Shown: positions 11,694 to 23,821 of the stretch, in pieces | Position numbering within the stretch: position 1 is the first letter of the stretch | Layout: each line of letters opens with the position of its first letter | From: Podospora anserina | Lineage: Eukaryota | Assembly: GCA_017654855.1 (NCBI GenBank) | Contig: CM030336.1 | Coordinates: forward strand, 4,774,001 to 4,838,000 | Reading direction: 5' to 3' | DNA length: 64,000 nt | Position numbers and translations under genes: made by a program | Notes under the pieces: generated by a model | What the model was told of the DNA's origin: nothing | The model's database searches: none | What the model saw: only the letters and a program-made list of their open reading frames with translations

Positions 11694-13169
11694 ATGGCTG
11701 TCCGATTATACCCGGGGGGTGACGTGAAAGCCAACCTCACAGACAGCGAAAGCCTCAGAACCCCATCCCTAGTTCGTGGCGAGACCAAGTCGCCATCATC
11801 ACCACCGCCACCCCACCAACAACCACCTGCACCTCCAAGACCGGGTCATGATGACTTCCCAGAAGGCGGCGCCCGCGCCTGGCTGACTGTCAGCGGTGCA
11901 TCAGCCTGTCTGTTTGTCTCGTTTGGCTGGGTCAACTGCGCTGGTATTTTCCAGTCGCATTACCAGGCCAATCAGCTCAGCAACTACACACCATCGGAGA
12001 TCTCATGGATTTCCGCGCTGCAGATATTTTTCATGATATTTTCTGGAATCTGGGTGGGGAGAATCTTTGACAGCCATGGCCCAGCGGCTTTGCTTTTTGT
12101 GGGGAGTTTTATGCATGTGTTTGGGATGATGATGATCAGTTTGTCGACGACGTATTATCAGATTCTTCTCAGTCAGGCAATATGCTCGGCGGTTGGGGCG
12201 TCGATGGTGTTTTTCCCCGCTTTTACTTGTGTGAGTCGCCAGCACCTCCCGAGATGTTTATGCAATCATCACCAACTGACACCTACCTCAGGTCTCGACA
12301 TGGTTTCTTAAGAAACGCGGTGCAGCAATGGGTCTTGTCGTCTGTGGCTCCTCCATCGGCGGTGTCATCTTCCCTGTCATGTTGATCAACCTCATCCCCA
12401 AAGTCGGATTCCCCTGGGCAATCAGAACATGCGCCTTTCTCGTCCTAGCCCTCCTCATCTGGGCCAATTTCACAGTCCGTACGCGCATCCCACCGGTGAA
12501 GCGTCCCTTTGAGTTCACGGCCTTCCTCGCACCTTTGAGAGAGCTGCCATTTGCTTTATTGACTGCCGGAATTTTCTTCTTTTATTGGGGCATGTTTGTC
12601 CCGTTCACCTTCATTGTTGTTGAAGCACTTGCGGGTGGCATGTCAGAAAATCTCGCCAACTATCTTGTGCCCATTTTGAATGGTGCTAGGTTCGTACCCT
12701 CCTCCATCCACTGAACAGTTGCAATATGCCAACATTTCCCAGCATCATCGGCCGAACAATACCCAACGCCATGGCGGACAAGCTTGGCCATTTCAACGTC
12801 ATGATTGTCATGGCGGCCTTCACCAGCATTCTCATCCTCGCTGTATGGTTACCCTCCTCAGGCGACGCGGCCATCATCACGTTTGCCGTGCTGTTTGGCA
12901 TCGGTTCAGGTGCTGGCATTGGTCTTACTCCCGTGTTGATTGCTTCCATATCCCCCATCCAACAGATCGGTGCCCGCACCGGCACAGCTTTCGGCATTGC
13001 TTCGATTGCGGCGTTGACTGGGTCGCCAATCGGTGGTGCTATCCTGACATCTGCAAACGGCGCGTTTCAAAGCACAAAGATTTTCGGTGGTGTTGCCTGT
13101 GCCGTGGGTACTTTGCTGTTTATTGCTGCACGGGTTGCTTTGGTGGGCGTAAAGCCCAAGAAGTTCTAA
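11694..13169 (+). CDS. MFS monocarboxylate-type transporter (Mch/MCT family)
   Basis: FPEGGARAWLTVSG..FVSFGWVN..GIFQSHY, GRIFDSHGP, STWFLKKRGAAMGLVVCGSSIGGVIFP, ADKLGHFN; introns approx. 12231-12291 and 12690-12742. Confidence 0.92.
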
Positions 13170-13356
13170 TGAGATGATCTTTTCTTTATCAGTGACGATA
13201 TTTGGGAAGAAAACTCTTTTCAGTGTATTATATACTTTGTTTAGACTCGTTTAATAATGACGTCTGAAAACAGTTTCTATCATGCACTTGCCATTTGTCC
13301 TCACATAAGTTGTCCAGGAGTAAGTCCACCTCACGTTCCAAACTCAGAGAACAACA

Positions 13357-14300
13357 ATATGACCACGGTCAATGTCCCGGTGCCTCCAGCCGGGCGTATC
13401 TCCCAAGAAAGCCAGCTGGAATATCTCAAGAAGGAACAGGCCTGTTTCCTGCAAGCTATGACAGTCCACGGTATTTGCGGAAGGGACCATGGAAGGTGTC
13501 TGGTTGTTGTGATCCTCAGTGTCCCACAAGGGTTGGAGCAGGAGAACCACAGAGTTCTTGGAGCAGGTTATCAGGGAGACAGCAAGGCTTCACATGATCT
13601 GGATCTGGCCAATTGTCCGTGTAGGCATACCAGAGGATACGATTACAAAAACGAAATTCATTTGAGAGCACGCTTCACCTACTTCCTGAACGGCCACCTT
13701 CTCACCCAGCGCATGTTTCTCCTGATGTCGCCTCCTTCCTATCCTCCCTACGAGCTTTCCCAGCTGAATTGCCAGTGACAATGACCTCATACAGTGTTGA
13801 TCTAGAGCCCTGGACGAAAGTGGAGGTCCCATTACTTCCCCAGGCAGCCAATGAGGGATACTGCAAAGAGCCCAGGCCAGAGAAAGAGGGCAAGTGGAGA
13901 ACTCCTTAAACTGCGGCTGCCGTCAATTGTTAGCACATGACGGCCCGGGCCATGCTCCTTCCCTCAGATGCCCGTCCCGTGATGCCTCGAATATCAGATG
14001 GCCACTCCTTGATGGTATTTTCATGCTTGAAGATGCCGCCAATGCCATGGATGGCCGGATATTCGGAAGCGATGAGAACCAGGAAGACGGTCCCGTGGCT
14101 TTGTCCTTGCCAAAGACAGTATCGAACGGAGCCAAAAAGTCGGAAACCACTCGCCAACCTTGGATCACGAGAACGTCAAGAAGCAGAATTTTCATCATCA
14201 CTCCGTCTTCGATCGATTTCGTGCCCGTGGCCTCTACTCTCCATTTTCGGGGCCCACCAGCGTGCTTGTGATCTCCCAAGAGACAGGTATATCTTCCACA
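13357..14300 (+). other. Possible degraded gene remnant of unknown family
   Basis: Chain of short protein-like plus-strand ORF fragments in changing frames starting at ATG MTTVNVPVPP; no recognisable motif. Confidence 0.25.
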
Positions 14301-14424
14301 CTTGTCCTCCGACTTGCCATCTCCTCCCTCTCCCAAACCACCGACAACCGATGACAATCTTGCAGCTACACGTCAACTTCAATCTTGCAACTCAACACTG
14401 AGAACTCGAACCACTTCCATCATC

Positions 14425-15026
14425 ATGCAGCTCAACAAGCTCACCGTCACCCTTGTTGGCCTCTTCACAGCCGCCATTCAGGCCGCCCCCGCCGTCCCCG
14501 AGACTGGGGTTGCCCCTCCCTCTGCCGACTCCGGCTACACCGAAGTCAGCGACGGTGTCTGGTACAAAAACAAGACTGACTTCTTCAAGGGCGACAGCTT
14601 CTGCAACTCTGACTACGAATACTGGAACAAAACTTCGGAGAATTCCCCTTTAGTCCTTGACTGCTGGCACATGTACAACAACATCAAGGAACCAGGCAAT
14701 TGGTATGTCCTATTGCATCCCCATCTTCTGATTGATAGATAGATTGATTGATTGATTGACGCTGACGCTCGACGATGTGATGCAGGGTCGGCGCCGGGGG
14801 CCACAAAAAGCTCATCAGCAAGGACTCGTGTGCGTATACGACGTGGGCCGAACACAACGGTCTATTATACACGCTCGGCAATGAGGACCTCCGCCTCACG
14901 ATCAAGAAGGCGATTCAGAAGTTTGGCACTCTGTTCCCCGGCGAGAAGGACTACAAGATCGGGGCTTATGGCAAGCTGCGTTGCCAGGCGCTTGTGATCA
15001 ATTGGGAGATTTCTCAGAACTCGTGA
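14425..15026 (+). CDS. Secreted Ecp2-effector-like (Hce2) protein
   Basis: Signal peptide MQLNKLTVTLVGLFTAAIQA; C..Y.NKTSENSPLVLDCWHMYNNI..GNW; intron approx. 14703-14785 containing (GATT)n; exon 2 ..LISKDSCAY..LGNEDLRLTIKKAIQKF..KIGAYGKLRC..INWEISQNS*. Confidence 0.8.
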
Positions 15027-15398
15027 TTGGCAGGTGGGAGGAGCATCGGGATGATGGTATTGCAGCGTGGTGGATAGCAGGCGATCTAGGGTGAAGGGAG
15101 TAGATCGCTTACCACAAAAAGTATCTTCGGTTCATGACAATGCGATTGTCTGATCTCTTTCTGGTGCATTCTTGGATGAGTGGATTCCATGAAGCAGTGT
15201 TTCTCTTGTGTTGGCACGCAAGGTACTGTGAAGTTCACGTGGACTGTGCCGTATCTCGTTCTATATCTTACCAAGATGATTAACCACGGTCCACGCCCTC
15301 TCGTCCGTGGCCAGCTTCCGTAAAGAAATCTTGTGATTCTATGCACCTAGCAGAAGTAATCCACTGAAAAAGACCAGAAGGACAAAACAGACCAATCC

Positions 15399-16935
15399 CT
15401 ACAACAAAGCAAATGTTGTGAGATTGAGACCGCTCTGTTGTAGTGCTTCCTCCGACATCCTTGGATCAAAATTAACCAGTTCACCAGTGGTAATATTTCT
15501 GAATCTCTCGGAATAATCCGGGTCGTCGGGCGTTCGATCGTTGCCGACCCGCTCCCATTGTGGTGGCAGTCGACCCAGGCGTGGACCATCATCTGTTGTG
15601 CGCTTGGTATTGAAGTTATAGTATCGATACGCGTTCTGGTGTCCATTTTGGTCGAGTAGTACTTGCACAGACCAGCCTACTGGGAGTGGTCCGAGGAGAG
15701 CTGTTGCATCATGTGATCCATACACCATGGACTCGCCAATAAAGTGATACTTTCCATCTCCGGCATTACGTAGTATCACAGGGGCATCGAAGCCCAGGAA
15801 GACAGCGATGATGTCTCCTATTCATACTAATCAGCTTCACACATTTCAAGGTGATTGGATGTGTAGGAAATGCATAGCTACCATTGCTCATCCCCTTGGG
15901 ACCTGGCCCTACTAGACCATCCGTTGTGAAGAAGAGTTTTCTCTGAAAGTTAAAGGTTTTGACTGCGTCAAGGATATAAGTGTCAACATTCTCATTCCTT
16001 TCGATAGGCCCCTCTCCGCATATGAGAGTGTCGCGGCAATACTCTGTCCACTCATGAGCTGTTGTATAGTAATGATTCCACGGCACCCTGTTTCTGGATA
16101 TCATGCCACAACGACTCAGGGTCCAGGAAAACCCTTCCAGAAATGTTCCGCCGCCAGGATAGGAGTTCTCGACCATGTCGCGGAGCTGCCACCTTCTCAC
16201 AACCTGCAGGTCCCCCTTCATCGTGTCTGCCACCTCATCACGCACAACAGCAACTTCACCTGCATGCACGCCGCACACCTCCAGTACATGGGGAGGAATA
16301 AAGCGCGTCACTGAACGGGTCATGGCCGAAGAGAACTGTCCACGCCTGGACAGAGGCCGAAACGGGCGCGTTCTGAGATCAGGAACCCATGTTGGTATGC
16401 CCTCGGTTGCCGAGACGTCGTCTCCCAAGCCCGAACATCCAACCAGAGGTTCCGGACGACCAAATTGTTCCATCTGGGCGAGAGCAAACACCTTGTACAC
16501 TTCGGCCGCCGAGAGCGAATAGTCGACCTTGACACGTGCAGGTAGCGACGCTGACAGGAGTCCCAACAATCCGTAAACCCTATCCGACGGGTTCGAGCAT
16601 TCAAGATCGTCAAAATAAACGCACAACTCGCGACAGCGGATCAGGCAGGGTTATACTCGGCCAACCGCCTAACATGTCCCATCCTGTCGCGAAACTCGGC
16701 CGATGGCAAGCTGTTTTTGGTGGATAGGCATCTGATCGCGCGGCGTATCGCAGGCCATGGTAGTATCTCGTCACCACACTGCACCGCTGCGCGAGAGGAA
16801 TGGACCAGCGTGATCTCCTGCAGGATGCACACCCGTGTGAGCCAGTCGCGATGGAAGAGAGCCTGCAGCGCGGCCCATGTTCTCTCGTCGTAGGGTAGGT
16901 CGCCCTTTAGCATGTGCCAGTTCAACGTCCCTCGC
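15399..16935 (-). pseudogene. HET-domain (HET-6-like) protein, 5'-truncated and disrupted
   Basis: End of a HET domain (ALFHRDWLTRVCILQEITL; cf. W.TR.W.LQE), CSNPSDRVYGLLGL, PTWVPDL, RKLFFTTDGLVG, and C-terminal GD.IAVFLG..PVILR..YHFIGESMVYG, DPRM. Stop and frameshift near 16641. The N-terminal part of the HET domain is missing. Confidence 0.85.
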
Positions 16936-19850
16936 TGTACACTTCCCGGCTGGCTGATCATGAAGAGGAATTGATACCGCCGAACCTCTCTCTGGAAGAG
17001 GCATATGGTGGATTAGCCACCTTGTCCAGCCACTTGATTGCGGTCCTCAACAAAAAGTCCTCAGCAGGTCTCGCAAAACTTCAGGAAATCGCTGAAGACG
17101 TCAAATATTTGAGTTATGCTCACCGGAACCAATTGCACGCGGATCTGGAAAAGTTACAGACCAGCACCGGCATTGTTCAATTTGACCTTGATATCATGGT
17201 CATTGGACCAGAGTCAAAAGCGAAGAAATCGCCAGAAGTCTGTCTGCGCACAGCCTTTACTTGCAAGAGCCCTATTTCATGCTTGAGCAGTATCCCTACC
17301 GCAATCCGCAGCACCTCGAAATTGAACACTATGAGCAACAGCCCTCTCTAGATACGGAGCAATGTCTTGATCATCGCAGTCAAGATGAAGATGTCGATAT
17401 CTCGGAGCCGTCGCATCTGGAGTTGATCCTAGCTGCAATTGACAACCTACCGGAGAATGGCAGGCTCGGTCCGGCACAGGTAGACTCGCGCATACAAACG
17501 CCACTACTAGAGTATATCCGCCCGGGTTACACCACTCCTAGTCAATGTAACTGCCCGAGTGGTAGGCATCAAAGCAAGGCAGTAGACTTCATCATCGGCA
17601 GGGAAAACGGTGACCACACCAAGTTCACATCTTTGTGGAAGGAAACCGAGGAAGGCCGGTCTTCAATGCAGGTTCCGGGTACCATGTTACCTTTGTTGCA
17701 CTTTACTCATTATGAATGCAGATTCCAACACGTCATTACTGGCTCCAAGAGCCTGTCTCCAGATGATGTTCGGGGTGGCCTACTGGCAGGGGAGATGGGC
17801 TTGGGGAAACATTCAGCATGATTTCTGCCGTCGTCACGGCCATGTCATGCGCCGAGAGCTATGCAAGGTCAACCCAAACTAGATCAGGGGTTACACCAAC
17901 CCTCTCCACACTTGTGATAGTGCCATTTTCGCGTAAGCCGCATTGGAACCAGCACCAAGAATCAGGAAAACTAACAGCAGCAACCAGTTCTTCTGGAAGG
18001 ATGGGTTGAAGAGATAGAAAAGTGAGTTTCATCTGATTGCGCCACCGAAGTCTTTTGCAGTGGCCAGTATGACAGCTACTCGCTGGGCCTAAAGAATCGG
18101 CCGTTTCGTTGTCAGCCCGTTCTGTAGGCCCAACGAGCATGCGCATTTGCGCTCCGGGGATGTCTCTTCCTTCATCTTCTTCATCTTTTCATCATCTATT
18201 AGTGTTACCGGCCGTGATAGTCGCTCACAGACCCCTTAGGCATGTCAAACCTGGCGTCATCACCCACTACAAGTATCATGGGCCCGACAGGCGGCTGGAT
18301 CCGTCCAATTTGCCATCAGTGGTAATATCGACATACGGAACAGTGAGCACAGAGACCACACGCGCCAAGAGTATTTTCAGACAGATACACTGGTATCGGA
18401 TAGTTCTGGACGAAGGTAAGTCCTGGACACGGCCTCGTGCCTAAGCTTCCGCAAACTCCACAACTAACCCTCAGAAACCAGCACACATCATACGTAACTC
18501 GTCCACCAAGCAGTTCCGGGCCATGAACAGCCTATCATCCCATATTCGATGGTGCATGACCGGCGCCCCGGTGCAGAATGGCGTTGGCGATATCGGCTCA
18601 CTAGTTCGGTTTCTTCGTGTCCCAGTAATGGGAGACGTCGCCAACTTCCGGAAGCACATCCTAGGCAAGACCAAACTCACCTCTCTCGAGTCATCAAGCC
18701 ATGACTTTGACAACCTGCGCCTTCTCCTATCCTCTATCTGCCTGAGACGAAACACCTCTGTCCTACAACTGCCAGGGGTCAAATACGAATGCCGACGGCC
18801 GCACTTCAGTGCGGTGGAAAAGGAGGCACATACCAAGCTCATTCTCGCTTGCCAGAAAGCCATTGATCGGTCTGATCTCGGCAACCCAAACAAAGTTGTT
18901 GCGTTTCAGAAAGGACTTGGTTTGGAGTCTTCAAACGGAGTACTTGAATCACTTCTCCGGCTCCGTCTTTTCTGCGATCGAGGGCTAGCTTTGGGACCGT
19001 CCAAGGGGGGACTCCCCTCGACACTCGATGAGGCTCTCAGCCTTGTGCAGCAGAAGGGCATCTCGAGATGCGGGGACTGCGGTAACGACAAAATGGCCGC
19101 CGGGATGGAAGGTACCCATCTGACCAATTGCCACGCGTTGGTATGTTCTGAATGCCCCATCAAATTTCACGATGAGCTGCTTGAGAGTCGCTCGTCCAGT
19201 GGCGTAGGTGGGAACCTGTCCATTCTGTGGAGAATATGACAATGGCGAGAACCTCCTACCGAACCAGCAATCGGTCAGCTCAAATAGCATAGGGGTCGAC
19301 GTCCCGTGCCCGTCAAAACTCGAGGCATTGATGGAAGATCTTTGCAAGATGGCGCGGCACGAGAAGAGGTATGTCCCGACCCTGTTACAACGCTACCAAA
19401 TCAACCGCTAATCCGCCCAGTATCGTATTTTCTTTCTGGATGAAATCTCTTGACCTTGTCGAGAACCTCCTCAAGAAACACGATATTGCCTTTCGACGCG
19501 TCGACGGCTCGAGATCAAAGAACGACAGGAGGGCTTCGCTGCACGACTTTCGAACGAAAGATGTGCCGGTGCTCTTGATGACATTCGGAACGGGATCGAT
19601 GGGGTATGAACACGACCTGTCACCTTGAAACCTTGAACACTTGCTGTTAGCTAACACTCATTCAGGCTCAACGACCTGAATGTGGCGCGCCGCGTCCACA
19701 TCCTCGAACCGCAATGGAACCCGTCTGTCGAGAACCAAGCCATCGGTCGCGTGTCGCGGTTCGGCCAGACGAGAGAGGTGACGGTGATTCGATATGTGAT
19801 GAAGAAGAGTATCGAAGAGGTGAGTGATTTCAAGCCGTTGTTTGAGTGCA
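16935..19850 (+). pseudogene. SNF2-family (RAD5/HLTF-like, RING-type insert) helicase, disrupted and probably 5'-truncated
   Basis: RGGLLAGEMGLGK (D to G in LADEMG, immediately followed by a frameshift), STLVIVP, VVISTYGTV, WYRIVLDE, RWCMTGAPVQN, CGDC..CHALVCSEC..CPFC, SKLEAL, IVFSFW, RVDGS, VHILEPQWNPSVENQAIGRVSRFGQ. Frameshifts near 17230, 17805 and 19210. Confidence 0.88.
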
Positions 19851-21134
19851 CTCGGGGTGATGCTGATACGCCACCGACCTCCCGACCGTCATTCCTCCCC
19901 ACCGACTTCCCCGGATTTTCCTTCAGCGGAGCAGCAGCTAGAAAGCGGGCCGCGCACGATTTCCGATTTCCCCAGACACCAAGTCACATCGACCCCGCAG
20001 CTTTCGCGATGCATGACAAGGATCAGGGGAGGATTGCCGAGGCTCTAGGACGTTGGGAGGAGGGAGGGGTTTGACATCTGATTCTGGAAACAGAGAACGG
20101 AACATCTATGCGCTATGTCGGTAGATTCGGTGGCTGGACACTCACTAGTATGACTCCTGATGGTAGCTTTGGTGGCTGGACTAACTTGCCAGCCTACACG
20201 GCCATAGGACAGCCCAGAGCATCTGGAACAGAGTTGAAGTCAAAACTGCGATTTCGGGCCTGATGCCTATTTTCTCAGGTTGACGGCAAATTAGAGATAC
20301 GGAAAGCAGCACAAAGTTAAGCATGTGGATCGGGGGAACTTCCGGTTTTGTCTGCTTGGTAGTCAGAATCAGCAGTCACACTGGGTTTGCGAGAACAGTT
20401 GTCTTTGCGGGGAAAAGGATGTTTTGCGATCTTGGCCTGTGAGTTACCCTGGAGCGAGGTCGTATCATGGAGTAGCAACCACTCGGTGTTACTCATCACT
20501 ACCACCCGAGCCGGCCTGCTTGGGAGCAAAGCCGGATGTAAATACTCATGGGAATCGTCCTACCTCTGGTGTACTTCAGGCTAACAACAACCCAGAGCCC
20601 AGAAGGATGAAGCCATGCGCATGCCCACCTGAAATTCAAGCATATGTCTCGAGAAGATGCCGATGATATTGCTTGAAGACCAACATTCAATTTTCCCACC
20701 CATGACGCACTTTTGCCCTGCACGATACAGGTTATTTCTACACACTAGAAGACTGCATGATGACCCTTCTGGCAAGTTCCTGCATGTTGGGCTGCAGAGG
20801 TATCTCGGTGTCACCCTCCACGAGACAGCAAATCCGGGGAAACAGGGCTCGTCGTTCTCCACAGCCATCTCAAGAACGAATGAAATCCTTGATATACATC
20901 TATCACAAGCATCTACAGCTTCTGGTTTAATCTACTACTAATCTTGCTGCGGGCCAAGACGTGGTACATGCGGAGAAGCTCGTGATGGCTGCTCGCTGCT
21001 CCGCTGTCAGAACCAACAGGCGGAAAGACCTTGAGGCCTGGTATAAAAGCTCTCGACCCTGATCACGCTATTCAAGAAGAAGAGTCTTTGGTCACCCCCT
21101 CCTTTTATTTACAGGTTTCATAGGGACCTGGGCT

Positions 21135-22775
21135 ATGATGGTATCTTCTACCGCAACTGTGCCCATCCTCTTGGCAGCAGCAAGCGGCGTCCTCGCTCTT
21201 GTTCCCACTCCCGTTCTTCAGCACAATGGCCGATCCGAAATCACACCCGGTCCGTCCTGCGGCGAGTTCCCCTGCGGCTCAGAACTAGCAGCCATCCCCA
21301 GCTGTGCCATCCCTTGTATCGAGTCAGCGGGCTTGGGTCTAGGCTGCGCGACGGCCGACTACGGATGCCAATGTGACAACCTCGACGCCCTTCAAGGAGC
21401 TGCAGTCAACTGTGTCATCGACGGCTGTGGTGGTTTCGACAATGCTATCCCGGTGGTGTACTCTGCTGTGGCCATGTGCCAGTGTGTGGGCTCCAACAGC
21501 CCCCTGCCTACACCCTGCCCATCGACCACCACCACAAGCGAGGAGCCAGTCATCACCGAGGCTCCCTGCGGTGACTTCCCTTGTTCCGCCGAGCTTGAAG
21601 CCATTCCCAGCTGTGCTATACCATGCATTGAGAACTCGGGCGAGAAGTTTGGTTGCGGCAGGACAGAATACGGCTGCCAATGCCAGAACCTAGATGCTAT
21701 CCAAGGCGATGCCGTACTGTGCGTTATCGATGCTTGTGGTGGCTTCGACAATGCTATTCCCGTCGTGTACTCTGCCGTGGCCATGTGTCAGTGTGTAGCG
21801 AGAAACACGCCGCTGCCGACTGCTTGCCCGACGACGAGGACTGTGGGGACTACGTCGACAGCTGAGACGTCGACTGAGGAAACCAGCGCCGTTGAGACCT
21901 CCACCGTGGAGACCAGCGCTGTAGAGACATCCACCGCCGAAACCTCGACGGTAGAAACCTCGACGGTCGAGCCATCCTCCACCCCGACGTCTGACTGCCC
22001 CGAAGAATCGACCACCTTGGACATCTCTACACCGCCTACACCCTCCATCACCACACCCTCTATCGTCACGACCACCACAGCAGTAATCTGCCACACCCCC
22101 TGCGCTGGCCAAGCATCCGCCATTCCCGTCTGCGCAACGGCCTGCATCGAGTCCGCCGGTGGTGCCATCGGCTGCGAAAGGGGTGACCACAATTGCCAGT
22201 GCGCGTCGAGCGATGCCATTCAGGCGACTGCTGTCAACTGTGTGCTTGGGGCTTGTGGGGGTATTCCTGGAGCGGTGAAGGTTGTTGAGTCGGTTGCTGC
22301 TATGTGCGGGTGTGTCAGTGCTAGCCGGCTGAGTTCTTGTGAGACGACTACGAAGACGATTACGGTTGGGGATGGTGATGATGATGGGGGGTTTGTGATT
22401 ACTACTCCTGGGGGGAGTCAGCCTGGGAGTGGGTTTGTGAGTGTTACTAAGACTGGGGGTGGTGGTGGAGGGCCGGTTGAGACGTCTCAGCCTGGAGATG
22501 GTGGTGATGGAGATGGTAGTGATGGAGATGGTAGTGATGGAGATGGTGGTGATGGAGATGGTGGTGCTGGAGATGGGGATGGGGACAGTGATGGAGGTGA
22601 TGGCGATGATGGTGGTGACGGTGGTGATGGACCCGGAGATGACGACGAGCCCCAAGGCCCTACACCAACCACCTCACGCCCACCTGTCGTCACCGCAGGC
22701 GCCTCTTCTAATACTATTTTTAGTGGCGCTTCAGGCTTCACTGGTCTCCTGATGATGTTGGCAGCTTTTGTGTAA
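21135..22775 (+). CDS. Secreted, probably GPI-anchored protein with three CFEM domains
   Basis: Signal peptide; three copies of IP.CA..CIE..GC...Y/N.CQC..AVNCV..C..AMC.CV; ETS(T/A)V pentapeptide repeats; Gly/Asp-rich spacer; hydrophobic C-terminus after VVTAGAS. Confidence 0.9.
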   Translation: MMVSSTATVPILLAAASGVLALVPTPVLQHNGRSEITPGPSCGEFPCGSELAAIPSCAIPCIESAGLGLGCATADYGCQCDNLDALQGAAVNCVIDGCGGFDNAIPVVYSAVAMCQCVGSNSPLPTPCPSTTTTSEEPVITEAPCGDFPCSAELEAIPSCAIPCIENSGEKFGCGRTEYGCQCQNLDAIQGDAVLCVIDACGGFDNAIPVVYSAVAMCQCVARNTPLPTACPTTRTVGTTSTAETSTEETSAVETSTVETSAVETSTAETSTVETSTVEPSSTPTSDCPEESTTLDISTPPTPSITTPSIVTTTTAVICHTPCAGQASAIPVCATACIESAGGAIGCERGDHNCQCASSDAIQATAVNCVLGACGGIPGAVKVVESVAAMCGCVSASRLSSCETTTKTITVGDGDDDGGFVITTPGGSQPGSGFVSVTKTGGGGGGPVETSQPGDGGDGDGSDGDGSDGDGGDGDGGAGDGDGDSDGGDGDDGGDGGDGPGDDDEPQGPTPTTSRPPVVTAGASSNTIFSGASGFTGLLMMLAAFV

Positions 22776-23821
22776 GCCAGTCGACCAGTGATGATCGACT
22801 GGTAGATATTTTGTAGAAATCCCTGCCACTTTAATGGAGGGAAAATCGACATTGATTCCTCTAATCCGACATACCTCGTGAAAGTTCCTGTGTTCGTGAT
22901 CCAAACATTTCCATGTATTAGGGCATTCAGCCGCAGAAATTGTCATCGTCATCCGACCTTTGGTTGATGTCCCGGAGCTTAGATGCCAAAGCAGAGTTGG
23001 TTAGGTACGTTGGGCAACGTCACGGCTTGACAGCAATCAGGTCACCCGCAGCAACATGATTATCAACAGCAACATGATCATCAGCAGCTGCCAGACTATG
23101 AGCAACAACCAAGCAACGGGAAACACCCAGGCTGCCAGCAGCAAACCCTCCATCAGCACCAACAAGCCCATGGGCAGCCGTCTGTCTATCAGTACCAAAC
23201 ACCCCATCACCTGCAACAGCCAGCCCACGGGCAGCAACCTGCCTACCCACAGCAACAACCTTTTCCTCGCCCTTCACCATAAGCCGCAGGTTTAGCCCGG
23301 CCTCATGGCTGGGTTGTTAGCTGGGAATATCCCGATGTCGTTGTTTTATATGGGATGACTACAGGGATTGACGATATACTGCTGAATTACTGGGATTATG
23401 ATTGCCTGGTGTTTGACATCGTTGTTTTGTGTCATATACCTTCCTATCATGGGGGAAGACTTCGAGGGGCTTACCATAAACTCGTAACGGTGTAGGGATT
23501 GTTTTTAAGAGTCTTGTTGCAGGTTTAACAGGAGGCTGAGTTGGTCAACTGGTACGAATGAGCGCAAAGTGAGAAGTTGAAGAAGATAAAATATATTCCG
23601 ACATTGAGCCGTCTCAGCAACGGTCTCTCATGTACTCCTTGCGTAATGTCAAGCAATAAATCACCACCAACTCCAAACACCTCTTCTCCGTTTTTTATAT
23701 GCCCAATCCCAACTCCTTGATGTGTATACCCGGGTATCTCCTCACCCGTCATCAGAAGAAAACATTATACATGAATCACTTAAAAATCTGACAAAGGAAA
23801 TCCCCCCATTAACTCCCGTCT

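Noticed and set aside
20117-20182. Short direct repeat GGTAG.TT.GGTGGCTGGAC
   Set aside because: Only two copies of about 20 bp with no TIR, TSD or other supporting structure.
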